From Vicugna vicugna (Eukaryota), in assembly GCA_013265495.1 (NCBI GenBank), contig MU058449.1, positions 186,001 through 250,000 of the forward strand: DNA of 64,000 nt, read 5' to 3'. Both the position numbers and the translations under genes were made by a program. The notes below the pieces were generated by a model. That model made no database searches. It saw only the letters and a program-made list of their open reading frames with translations, and was not told where the DNA came from. Shown one piece after another: positions 1-11,401 of this stretch. Each line of letters opens with the position of its first letter. Within the stretch, counting starts at the first letter, position 1.

Positions 1-230
1 ATGTAATCTAAGTAGTATTTTTGTTACCATTATCATGAATAGTAAGGGTGTAGATGTAGCATCATTCATATTGATGATGATGCCTGAAAGAATTGCCTCA
101 TTAAAGAGAAAAACCATAACCAGGAACATTATTTCTTGTCTGATACCATCCATGTTCCCCACACCCCATCCCCAACCTCTTATGTACAGGGATCTGTGTG
201 ATTTGTTCATTACTGAATAGCACAACTGAA

Positions 231-1046
231 TGTATCAGTTGGCATCCAGCTGGGAGACTGAAAGCACATTGTTCATTATAACAGGAGACTGGAGACAAGG
301 ACTAACCAAGACTGACTAACAAGGAGTAAAGAGGACTCTAAAACTCTAAGAGTAGAAGAGTAGACTTCCTCTGAAGACAGAAGAAGCAGTCACTGTCCCA
401 AATACAGAGACAGAACACTCAGAGAAGGAACAGTGTGAGAGAGGTCTTTTTCCTGGGACCTCGTGAGAGAGGGCATGTCCAAAGTTCAATGGATGGCTGG
501 GAAAAAACTGAGGCTGTAAAGGAGATGCATAAGCACTGAGAAGTGCTATGTCTACAGCACTCATTGAAAATCTGCTCCCCAGGGTGACAAGGAGCCACCA
601 TATGGAGGAACTGCATCTCAGATCTTCCTATGAAACTACCTGGGGGTTAAATAATTTATGAGAAAATTCCAGAGAAGCAACACTTGACGACAGAGTTACC
701 CAAGGGGGTGCCAGAGGGAGCCATTCACAGGAGGTGTTGCCTTTGCTGTCCTCTGCTGCAAAGCCACATGTGCCATGGGAACCTGGCCCTGGAGAAGCTG
801 AACACCTTACCATGGCTTGGTGCTATAAAAGCAGAGAGGATGCAAGGTCCTGCCTAGAGAATCACACCAGAACTGGAAGGAGAGTCCCCTTACTCCACAA
901 GCGCCTGTCCAGAACACTCTACTGACCAAAGTTAACATTGTGCCAACTGGAAAAGGAGAACTTTTATCAGAGTCCACCTCCATTATCACAGGACGGGCAA
1001 TTAAGAGTGAATTTAGATTTGAGACAATATAGCGATCACTGACACA
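231..1046. mobile_element. Ancient ERVL-type solo LTR (LTR33/LTR41-like)
   Basis: GC-richer block from TG (tgtatcagttggcatccagc) to CA (...atcactgacaca). The terminal ~130 nt (ctgaccaaagttaacattgtgccaactggaaaaggagaa...) resemble recalled LTR33/41 termini. No clear TSD. Confidence 0.45.
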
Positions 1047-1449
1047 CATGGCAGACAGTAGGTACTTGTGTCACTTGAAGAAAGTAGGGCAATATGTAAG
1101 AAAATTCCGATTAGAACCAGCAAATGATTAAGTAGTGTTTAGAGGCTTATGATAAAGTAGGTTTAGAGGCTTCTTCAGTATAAGAATGAGGGCAGACTTT
1201 ATAATTGTTTGGATTAATACTCTCTTCTCTGTATGAGTTTGATATATTTTTCAACTTATTCACACACCGAGCAAACAAAAGGGGTATATTTTTTTATGCT
1301 CCCATATCCAACAGAAAGATTATTTACATTACTTCTACTGTTTTTGTCTCGATGATGAGCATAATGACAATAATGCTGAAATTCAAGCACAGAGTTGGTT
1401 CATGATACTCTTACTTTATAGCAGATTTTCAACACCACTTTATAAAAGG

Positions 1450-3300
1450 TTTTGTTTTATTTTATTTTTTCCATTTATCCTTCATCCTTATGTTATCACT
1501 TTTAAATTATCTAAAAACTGTTCATGTACTTTTGTAAAATACATAATTTTTTTGCATTTTAATTTACACAAATTGTATTTTCCTATAAAATCTCATTTTA
1601 GCTTGTCTTCCTCATTCAACTTATTACATGAAAATTCAGTTTACTGGTTTTCAGAGCTGCAAAAATAGTATCCATTTGTTGTGCTTCATTTAGCCACTTC
1701 TCTTAGGAGGAAGTATGAGGATGTCCCCTTTTCCACCAACATAAGCATCAATAAAATGAACATCCTTTAATGTATTCTTTTATAGGAAACCAAATAGCCT
1801 GTGTAGTATAACTACGGTGGCACTGCTTCATCATAACATTGATTTATACTTAATTTGTTAATATTGGCAGAGAGCTTTCAAAAACTGTGTATACAGTTTA
1901 TATTCCTATTAACATTACCCACCCAACACTTGATTTGTTCAACTTTCTAATGTTTCCTCCTTAGGAATGCAAAGTGATATCAAACTTTTTTAAAATTAAA
2001 ATTTATCTAATTACTACTCTAAGGATCATCTAATTCTCTTCTGGGCAATTCAGGCTGTGTGTCAATCACCTATTCATATAATTTTTTCAATTTTTAATTA
2101 TTGTCCTATCTTTTGATAAATTTTAAGTTTTCTTTTAATTGATTCTTAATGTTAAAATGTGTTTCTAGGTTGTCATCTCTGTTAACTCTGGTATCATTCA
2201 TTGAGTTGAAGTGATTAATTTTCCTTTCATTCTTTGTAGCTGGCAATCTGGGTTAAGATTTCTTTCCCTACTATTTAAACACAAATACTTTTTTCTCTTA
2301 ACATTCTGTTGTCAATTTACTTTAACTTTAAGGTTTGTACTTTACTTGAAATTCTGTTTTGCATATAGAGGGTGATAGGAATACAGCTTTGCTTTTCTTC
2401 AAGTAGTGAATAGTTTTTCCAAATATCATCTACGAATCAATCTATTCTTTTGCTTTTCAGTGTCACCTTTGCCACTACTCAGGTCCCCAGACACATATAG
2501 ATCTATTTCTGAACTCTCTATATGTTCCATTGTTTTGTTTGTTAATTCTATCAGTATCATATTTTTAAAATATTTATTTTAAACTATGATTCTACAGTAT
2601 GTCTAAATATCTAATGTGTTCTTTCTAAATTATTCTTTCATGTACATTTAGAATGCATCTGTATTCTAAATGACAATTTCTTTAAACAACTTAGTTGGTG
2701 ATCTGAGTGAGATTACCTTGCATTTAGAGACACATCTGGGGAGAATAGAAATCTTTACTATACTGAGTTGTACTATCCATTAAGATAACATGTGTTTCCA
2801 TTTATCTAGATTTTGTTTTATGTCATTTTGTAATGTTTTGACAATTTTCATAAAATATATCACACAAAACAAAAAACAAATACATTTCAATAATTACAAC
2901 TGCATCCTTGATTTTTCAGATATAAACATCCATTTGTGATTTTTCTCTTTTCCAAGATAATACAGTGGAATTAGAACACTTTATCTCCATTTTTTTCCCC
3001 TTTGCAACCTATCCTTCTTGTTATATGTTTTGAATATTTTGTTGTTTTAGCCCCTAAATTTTCTGTTAATACTTCAAGCAATGAAGAAATATTTGTAATT
3101 ACTTACATACTGCTTTACATACATTCTTTCATTATTAGCCTTCCCCTTAAAATCATTTTCCTTTTTCCTGAACATGCTTAATATTACTTTTATTTGTTGG
3201 AAATACTTTTGCTAGTTTTGGTTTATCTGAAATTGCTTTACTTTTCTCCATTCGTATAGCATATTAGAATAGGATTATTAATATACAAGTCAGATAGCAG
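1450..3300 (-). mobile_element. Highly decayed L1M (LINE-1) fragments, antisense
   Basis: T-rich tract with antisense L1 ORF2/3'UTR phrases (tctatttctgaactctcta, atctggggagaatagaaatctttactatactgagttgtactatccat). Boundaries approximate. Confidence 0.5.
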
Positions 3301-3744
3301 AATAAATTGAAAACCAAGAAATAGATCATAGTGAAATATAATAATTTGGTATATAAATGTGTAGTCTTTATATTCAGCGGGGGAGCAAAAAAAAAAAAAA
3401 ACCTCAAGAGAAAGTGACTTCACAATTTTGACTCTTACCAATAGTTCATGCTAGGTCATAATTTACAAGCAGTGAGTTGACTCATTTAACATCTCCTCGT
3501 AAATGCCAAAGATCTCAGGCTGGGATAGCAATATTGAACAGTGAGGAATTTTGAAGCTTATTTTTAACGGACCTGAACAGCAAGGCAGTCATGTTAACAA
3601 GATCCAGGTCTAGAAGAAAGCTGAATTGCGATGTGTATCTAGAATCAACAAGGTAAGGAATCCTTTTTAAGTCAAATGTTTTAGGAGGTCAAATCAGAGG
3701 TGAAAAATGTTTGATGATAAAAAGGTGTTTGAAAACAGCCCACC

Positions 3745-5448
3745 GTGGTCTGGATAGAAGATCAAACCACCTCCAACATTCTCTTAAGTAAAGCCTAATC
3801 CAGAGCAAAGCTGTAACTCTCATTCTATGAAGGATGAAAGAGATAAGGAAGCTGCAGAAGGAAAGTTTGAAGCTAGGAGAAGTTGGTTCATGGGGTTTAA
3901 GGGAAGAAGCCATCTCCATGACATAAAAGTGCAAGGTGAAGCAGCAAGTTCTGATGGAGTAGCAAGTTATCTAGAAGATTTAGCTGATAATGAATGAAGG
4001 TGGCTACCCTAAACAACGGATTTTCAGTATAGATGCAACATTTGGGAGGAGATGCCATCTAGGTGTTTTATAACTAGAGAGGAGAAGGTAATGCATGGCT
4101 TCAAAGCTTCAAAGGACAGGCTGACTCTCTTGTTGGGGGCTAATGAAGCTGGTGACTTTAAGTTGAAGACAGTACTATTTTAACATTCCAAAAATTCTAG
4201 GGCCCTTAAGAATTATGGTAAATCTTCTGCTCCTGATCTCTATAAATGGAACAACAAAACTTGGATGACAGCACATCTGTTGGACAACATGGCCTACTGA
4301 ATATTTAAGCCCTCTGTTGAGACCTACTATTCAGAAAACAATTTCTTTCAAAATATTACTGACAATACACCTGGTGACCCAAGAGTTCTGATGGAGATGT
4401 ACAAAGAGATTAATGCTGATTTCATGCCTGCTAACACAGCATCCATTCTGTAGCCCATGGATCAAGGAGTACTTTTGACTTTCAAGCCTTGTTATTTCAG
4501 AAATACATTCACAACGCTATAGCTGCCATAGACTTTAACTCTTCTGATGGATCTATGCAAAGTAAACTGAAGACTTTCTGGAAAAGTTTCACAATTCTAG
4601 ATGTCATGAAGAACATTTGTGATTCATGGAATGAGGTCAAAAATATCAAGAAGAATAGAAGTTTGGAAGAAGCTGATTCTAACCCTCATGGATGACTTTG
4701 AGGGGTTCCAGATTTCAGTGGAGGAAGTAACTGCAGATGTGATGGAAATAGCAAGAGAACTAAAATTAGGAGTGGAAGCCAAAGATGTTACTGATGTGCT
4801 GCAATCTCATGATAAAACTTTAAAGGATGAGGAGTTGCTTCTTATGGATGAGCAAAGAAATTGGTTTATTAAGATGGAATTTTCTGCTTGTGAAGATTGT
4901 TGAAAAGATAACAAAGGATTTAGAATATTACATAAACTTACTTGATGAAGCAGTGGCAGGGTTTGAGAGGAATGACTGTAATTTTGAAAGAAGTTCTACT
5001 GTGGGTAAAACACTGTCAAACAGCATTGTAGGCTACAGAGAAATTGTTCATGAAAGGAAGAGTCAATCGATGTGACAAACTTCATCCTGTCTTACTTTAA
5101 GAACCTGCCACAGCCAACCCCAACCTTCAGCAACCACCACCCTAACCTTCAGCAACCACCACCCTGATCAGTCAGCAGTCATCAATATCAAGGCAAGACC
5201 CTCCACCAGCAAAAAGATTATGACTCGCTGAAGGCTCAGATGATTTACTGATTAAGTATTTTTAAATTAAGGAATATATATGGTTTTTTAGACACAATGT
5301 TATTGGGCACTTAATAAACTACAGTATAGTATGAACATAAATTTATATGCACTGGGAAGCCAAAAAAATTGTGTGACTCCTTTTATTATGATTTTGCTTT
5401 ATTATGGTGGTCTGGACCTGAACCCACAATATCACTGAGGTATGTCTG
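3745..5448 (+). mobile_element. Tigger1 DNA transposon (pogo family), 5'-truncated, transposase frameshifted
   Basis: Translated pieces match Tigger1/TIGD1 transposase ([64 protein letters not shown]). Ends in a right TIR-like sequence caatatcactgaggtatgtctg followed by TA (5449-5450). Confidence 0.92.
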
Positions 5449-5698
5449 TACTTTTTTGTTTTTGTACTTTTTTCCTGACACTTCTCTCCTTCTGAAACTC
5501 TTTAGCTGTGGTTTTCATCTGTGTTTCCACAGCACACAGATATGCATTAAAAGTGCACAGTAGATATCACACCAGATTATTACCCACTAATCTCTCTAAA
5601 GTCTGTTATTCTAAGCACTTTTTTTTTTTTTGCTGTGATCCTTACTATAGAGCTTGGACACATATGCTGGCACACAGTGTATTTTCAAAAACAAAATA

Positions 5699-5812
5699 GG
5701 GGGGAGGGTATAGCTCAGTGGCAGAGCATGTGCTTAGCATGCATGAGGTCCTGGGTTCAATCTTTAGTACTTCTATTAATTTTCTTTTAATAAAGGAAAA
5801 AGTTATTTAAAA
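5699..5812 (+). mobile_element. tRNA-derived SINE, camelid Vic-1-like
   Basis: ggggagggtatagctcagtggcagagc...gaggtcctgggttcaatc carries a Pol III A box (tagctcagtgg) and B box (ggttcaatc), followed by an AT/A-rich tail. The 3' acceptor stem is broken, so it is not a tRNA gene. Confidence 0.8.
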
Positions 5813-6259
5813 AACCCCAATATTTTCTTCCATGCTCTGGGGACACAATTACCTCTGCATTAACCAGTCATCTGGGCCTAGACTCCATTCTCAGCAAAGT
5901 AGGGCTCTCTCATTTGGGGATAAAACAGGCAAATTTGAAGGACTAATTTACTTCTCCTTATATCCTCTTCTTTTAGAGGAGGGTAAAACTGGAAATTAAT
6001 GGCAGCATATGAATTCAAATTTTCATTATCAAGCAGGTAAAGATGATCATGGTAATATGAATTTCTCTGAATAATTCAAATCTTCATTCTAGATGTAAAT
6101 AAAAATTTACTTAATATCCATACATTTTCTAGGTTCTTTCTGAAGACCTTACTGATTTAATGTGACAATGTTTTGTTGTAGTTACTGGCAAAGCTATTCT
6201 TGTCTATGCGAGGATCAGAGAGCAGAAGTAGTGATGGAGATGGTGATTCTTGATGGTTT

Positions 6260-6686
6260 TGAGACAGGAAGTGGGCAGGGCATAGGTACACACTCCATAG
6301 ACAGAGTGTGGGCATCTCCGAAGAGGGAGAGGGGGGCAGCAGCCGGGAGGCATCATGTTGCCAGTTTTTATGGGCTCAGTGGCTTCATATGCTAATAAGT
6401 GGAAGGACCAATCTAACTAGTCTAGGGAAGGGGCTGGGATTCCCAGGAAGTTGGCCATTTCCCACTCTTTGACCTTTTGTGGCTAGCCTTTTAGGACTGC
6501 CATGGTGCCTGTGGGCATGTTATTCACCATGTTAATATATTATAATGGGCGTATAATGAAGCCGAAGATCTGCTAGAAGTCAGATCTACCACCTCAAGGC
6601 CTCCTGGGGGTTGAATCTTTCACCATTTTGATGTTAACTGCTGTAGCATTCTTTGAATGGCTGTGCCCTGCCCTCTTCCTGTCTCA
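6260..6686 (-). mobile_element. ERV1 LTR-like element (MER41-related?) with 26-bp terminal inverted repeats
   Basis: TG...CA bounded, 427 bp, GC-richer than its flanks. Internal phrases (acactccatagacagag, catatgctaat) recall antisense MER41-class LTRs. The two ends are 24/26 inverted matches. Confidence 0.55.
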
Positions 6687-7226
6687 TTTTCACTGAAGTC
6701 ATAGAAATGCTTCGACAGTAATTGGGCCTGGAGTCTAGCAGTATAGATTTTGGTACTCAATTTCTTAGAAAGTCCCTACAAGTCTCTTTATCTTGAAATG
6801 AAGAAACTGAATTAATTGTCTTGGCCTAGTCTGTAATTTTTTGGGAACAATTTTAAAAGTGTGTAACACTTTCAGTATTTAGACTGAAAATTTAACTGGT
6901 TACTTTAGTATAATTAAAGATAGATTTAGTTGTCACGACTTTTATATTTTTCGGCTTGGTTTTCAACTTTCATTCAGTATTTGTAATTTGATGACATCTG
7001 GTTTTTACTAAGTTGTCTCACATTTTCTTAAATATAGGGAAAGTATTAAAACAAAATCGATAAATTCCCTTAAGAAAGATAATTTATGTCTAATCAAATC
7101 ATATAAATCCTGCTAAAAACTTCTCAACAAACAGATGGCCAGTTAGATGCATCATGTAACATAAGTTTTTATCATGCTTCTAAATTTTGGATAATCATTG
7201 TTCAACATTGTAATATGTAAAATAAA

Positions 7227-7229
7227 TAC

Positions 7230-7272
<43 letters not shown>

Positions 7273-7286
7273 TACACACACACACA
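7227..7286. repeat. Compound (TA)n(CA)n microsatellite
   Basis: Directly visible. Confidence 0.95.
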
Positions 7287-7570
7287 AATACTATATAATA
7301 AAGGAGAGCATTCAGAAAATGAATGGTTGTAACTATTCATGTAAACTGGAAATTTAAGCCCATTCTGTATTTGGCGTGAACATTCTGTCTCTGAGGCAAG
7401 CATATTTAGAACACCTAAATACCAGCTCTTCGGCGTAGCCTTATAGAAAGTTCATATCTTTTCATTCATGCCAAAACCCTTAGAGGCTTGGCCTCAGTTC
7501 TATTTATTTATTTCTGAAACAAACCTGCTTTATGTATCTTTGACGAAAGGGAAAAATCCATGGCCTGCTT

Positions 7571-7584
7571 CTGCCCTCTGCTGG
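7571..7584 (-). promoter_or_regulatory. CTCF motif, probable orthologue of beta-globin 3'HS1 insulator
   Basis: Minus strand reads CCAGCAGAGGGCAG, fitting the CCASYAGRKGGCRS core. It lies in apparently non-repetitive DNA ~3.8 kb upstream of OR51V1. The context (cttctgccc..ctggt...cattagag) resembles the mouse 3'HS1 CTCF site as I recall it. Confidence 0.75.
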
Positions 7585-8744
7585 TTTCCAGATGGGAACA
7601 TTAGAGGAATTGTCTATAGAAGATGGACAACATCGTGTATTGTTCAAAGCAGGACCTGTGTGGGCACCATTAAATAATTTTGCTGAAGTACAAGAAAAAT
7701 CTGGACTGTCCTAGAAAACAGATGCTTTGTATTCATTGTAGTTATAAAGATACTGACTTTCAGACCCAACACTGTTCTTCTATGCCTTTACAGAAAGCAA
7801 GTACTGTTGGTCATTATTCTACCTAATCTGAAAAAGTCAGCAAGTAATCACATAGGGAATCAGCTCCAAAGGGCAGAAAAAAAGACAGAAGTGTCTGAAC
7901 ATGTTGGTCAGTCTGAATAGGAGAACATGAGAAAAGCCTTCCCTGGAAAAAATATTCTGTTTAATTTGATTACAGACACACTTCCAAATCCACATTCCCG
8001 AAAAAGTACACAGAGGGAATACCATAATCCTAGCATTACTTCAGACTGAAATTCACTGTTGCTTGTCCTCTCCAATTATTTATTTTATGCCAGGCATTGC
8101 TCTGATTGCTAGAAATTCAGAAAGAAGTATTATGCACACTGACTTTGGGGTGGTCACATAGCACAGCATAATGTTTTAGGAAATGGTGGGTCTTTTTTTT
8201 TTTTAGTACAGGTAGGGTAGAGCATTTGACATATCTGAATACTTTCCTCTTGGAATCCTCATTTATTAGTCTCTCAACACTATCTTCTCCCAATTCCCAT
8301 CCCATATATCAAAACAAAATTTTAAAAATTCTCCAGTATGTATTGCTCTTCTATTGCTATATGACTGATATTCTCTGGGGCGGCACCATTAACATTTGTG
8401 GCTAGTCTAAAAAACTCAAAGGAGAGTATATGCTTTCAGTGAAGGTCTACATTCACAGAATGTTTGCATCTTTTGTCATCAGTCCCAGAACCTAGCCTAT
8501 ATGTCTGGGCATGGTTGAAATCATATTTGAATTCTGAGTACTATGACCCAAGTCAGCAATAATTCCTATATTCTTGTTTTATATGTCAATAAAAATATAC
8601 ATCTTACATATGATGACACCAGATTGATAGTGTATGGTCAGCAAGGATCAGATGTATACTTTAAGACATGAGTGTTCAGGTCTCTGCATTTTTGCAACAT
8701 TTTTGCTTTTATACCTCTGTAATGGTACAGCTATTATTTCATAG

Positions 8745-9740
8745 ATTAATTCATTAATCTAACAATTATTTGATAAATGCCCACTCTACGCTACACTTCA
8801 GTTTATATATCAGTGAGCCCAAACCAGACTTGACTCCAGGTCTTCTAGTACTTCCAATAGATAGAGCGGTCAGTCAGCATATAATTAGTGGTATAAATAC
8901 AAAGCAGGGTATTGCAAAGAGAGTAACTTATTTGAGAGAATGGGAGAAATAGTGGTGGGGTTACAAAAATCCTTCTGAAGAAGCAATACTGAACTGAAAC
9001 CTGGGTGATTAAGGAAGCTTTTGTATAAATACTTGGAGTAGCTAATTCTAAGCAGATAAAAGATCAAGGACAACAATCCTGAGACAGGGATACTCTTACT
9101 TTGTTTTGAAGGAGAGAAAGATGCCTAGAGATTAGGGTGTGAAGGTAACAATGGTCTATGATGTAGAAGTAGAGGAGGATGGGCCAGATTATATAAAGTT
9201 TTCTGAACAAGATAAATAATTTATATTTTATTTTAACAGCAATGAGAATCCACTGGAGTGTTTTTTCAAGGACTTATATGATCTAGTAGATGTTTGTAGA
9301 CACACAGTATGGTTTCTCTGGGAAAAATACATTCTTAGGGAGCAAGTACAAAAACAATTATAGTAGCTGTTAAATTATTACAATAACCAAGCAATAGATA
9401 AATGATGGTATTTATGAACCAAGATATCGGCAGTTTATAGGTGTATAAGTGAAAAGTGAGCAGACTCAGGGTATGTTTTAGAGTGGAAATGATAGAAATT
9501 GATGAAGGATTTGATGGACAGGGGAGGAAAGAGAAGAGAAAAATCAAGTATGACTCAAGAGTTTTCTTAAGCAATTGTGTGACTGATGGAGTCATTTTAT
9601 GCTATTAGGAAGAAACAGACAATTTGTTTCTGGGGAAAATCAAATATTTGATTGTCATAATTCTAATTTTTAAATTAAATATGTACATGTAGATATCAAG
9701 TAGATACGTACATCTATGAATATAAAATCACAGGAGAGCA
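8745..9740 (-). mobile_element. Decayed LINE-2
   Basis: Starts with an L2 tail-like sequence (ttcattaatctaacaattatttgataaatgccc). Typical purine-rich antisense L2 phrases follow (aatcaagtatgactcaagagttttcttaagcaattg, gaaattgatgaaggatttgatg). Confidence 0.55.
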
Positions 9741-11401
9741 AAGGATGTAGCATTGTAAAGTTTCAGACTAGCAGAATAAGTAAAAATTGACACTGTCCCC
9801 ACTTTCAGGGAAATTCAGTTTGTAACAGATATACTGTCAGATAAGCTGGCTAATGAATATCAAATTATAAATTGAATAAATCATATAAAGATAAAGATGT
9901 ATTACCAAGTAATAGGTATGTGGAGAAAATCTGTCTTTGTTAAGGGGCGTTCTGAAAAGTGATGGTTCAGATGCAGAAGGAAAATACAAGATTGCTTCAG
10001 AAAGAGAAGAAAGGAGTTGGGAAGAAGATGGGGAGGAACATCTTAGGAAGAGAGAACATAAGGAGAAAAATCTCATGAAAAAAGAAAGAGCAATGGCGGA
10101 TTTGAAAAATATAAGCATTCAGGGCTAACACATTTTTCCCTCCAAGGGCAAAGAATCTCTAAGAATTCAATGAAGAAAATGTACTAAAAAGAGTAAGCTA
10201 AGTTATCTAATGTTGAAAGGGGCTCAGGGAAAGAAATAAAAGTGGATAGTCTCCTAGAAGAGATCTGACAGGTATTAAGGGTATGTTCAGCCTGAGGAGC
10301 TGCTTGGTGAGGCTAGTATGACAAAGATGGAGATTTGGTCACAAATAGAAGCCAGAATCTGAAGGAACTTCAATATGATGGAATAATTAAATCAAACACA
10401 AAAATCAGTATGGACTTTTATTAAACACCTGCCTATATTATAAGAGCCTTTAAATCTTATGTGATGACTTCCAGGACCAGAACTCAAATCACAAAAACAA
10501 TGTGAAGAAGAAGCCAATCAATACGAGAACTTTTAAACATTCTACACTTAGCTATTTGACATTAGCCTTCTGATCTTAAGAATGACAAGTCCAAAGGAAG
10601 AGAAGATAACTGCTCATCCTTTCAATAAATGCTTAATAAGTGAATATTTAACCGCCTGATGACATGAATGGAGGAGTGGAGAACACTGGGCTGATGTCAG
10701 AGGCTGAATGTCTTCAATCTAAATTTCAGTCATAAGAGCACAAACGAGTTGAAATCTCACGGGAACAGAGCTCTTGTGGGAAATCATTTGCCAAAGGTCT
10801 CATGCATAAATATTTCTCTCTGCTTATCACCAAGGTAGAAAATTGTAATTGTTTGCTACAGCATTCGGAGTGGGAGAAAACAGGATTATCTTCACTAAGT
10901 ACTATTTAGTGGAAAAATGCACTTTGAGACAGCACAAAATGGAAAATTGCGGGTGCCAAGAAATTACTTAAGTGGAATTTGGATTCTTAAAGGTCAAATA
11001 TGATCCTTTACTTTAAATGATTAATGAATTGGAAGGTGAAAACACAATTCTTTTGAGAATTTTAGCTCTTGATTTTACAGGTACATCATCTCACCAGCAT
11101 CCCTGGGAAAATGTCCCAGGCAAAATATCCTTTCTGAAAATGAGTTTCTACTCTTGTCTATTCATTTTTTACAGGTGGCTTCTAAGGATATCTCTGTCCT
11201 ATGCCAGTGGATAAACAATGGCTCATAAATGACATCAGGAGAACACCATTCTCTTCCAGCCAGCAGATAATATGCCTCTAAAGTTAATTAACTTTTAGCG
11301 TAATTTTGTTTACTAAGAAATTCCATCTAACTCTTCTGAAATTGGAGTGTTCCCTTGAAAAATACTTTCTTGCTGCTGAGAAAAATTACCTCAGTTCCAT
11401 A

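Noticed and set aside
4489..5075. Overlapping ORFs resembling TIGD1 / an active transposase
   Set aside because: They are frameshifted, stop-interrupted pieces of a 5'-truncated Tigger1 fossil, not a domesticated gene.
5699..5775. Possible tRNA-Ala gene
   Set aside because: The 3' arm cannot form an acceptor stem and an A-rich tail follows. It is a SINE.
11306..11401. N-terminal extension of OR51V1 in the ORF track
   Set aside because: It begins at TTG, a prokaryotic-style start, and contains no in-frame ATG before 11402.
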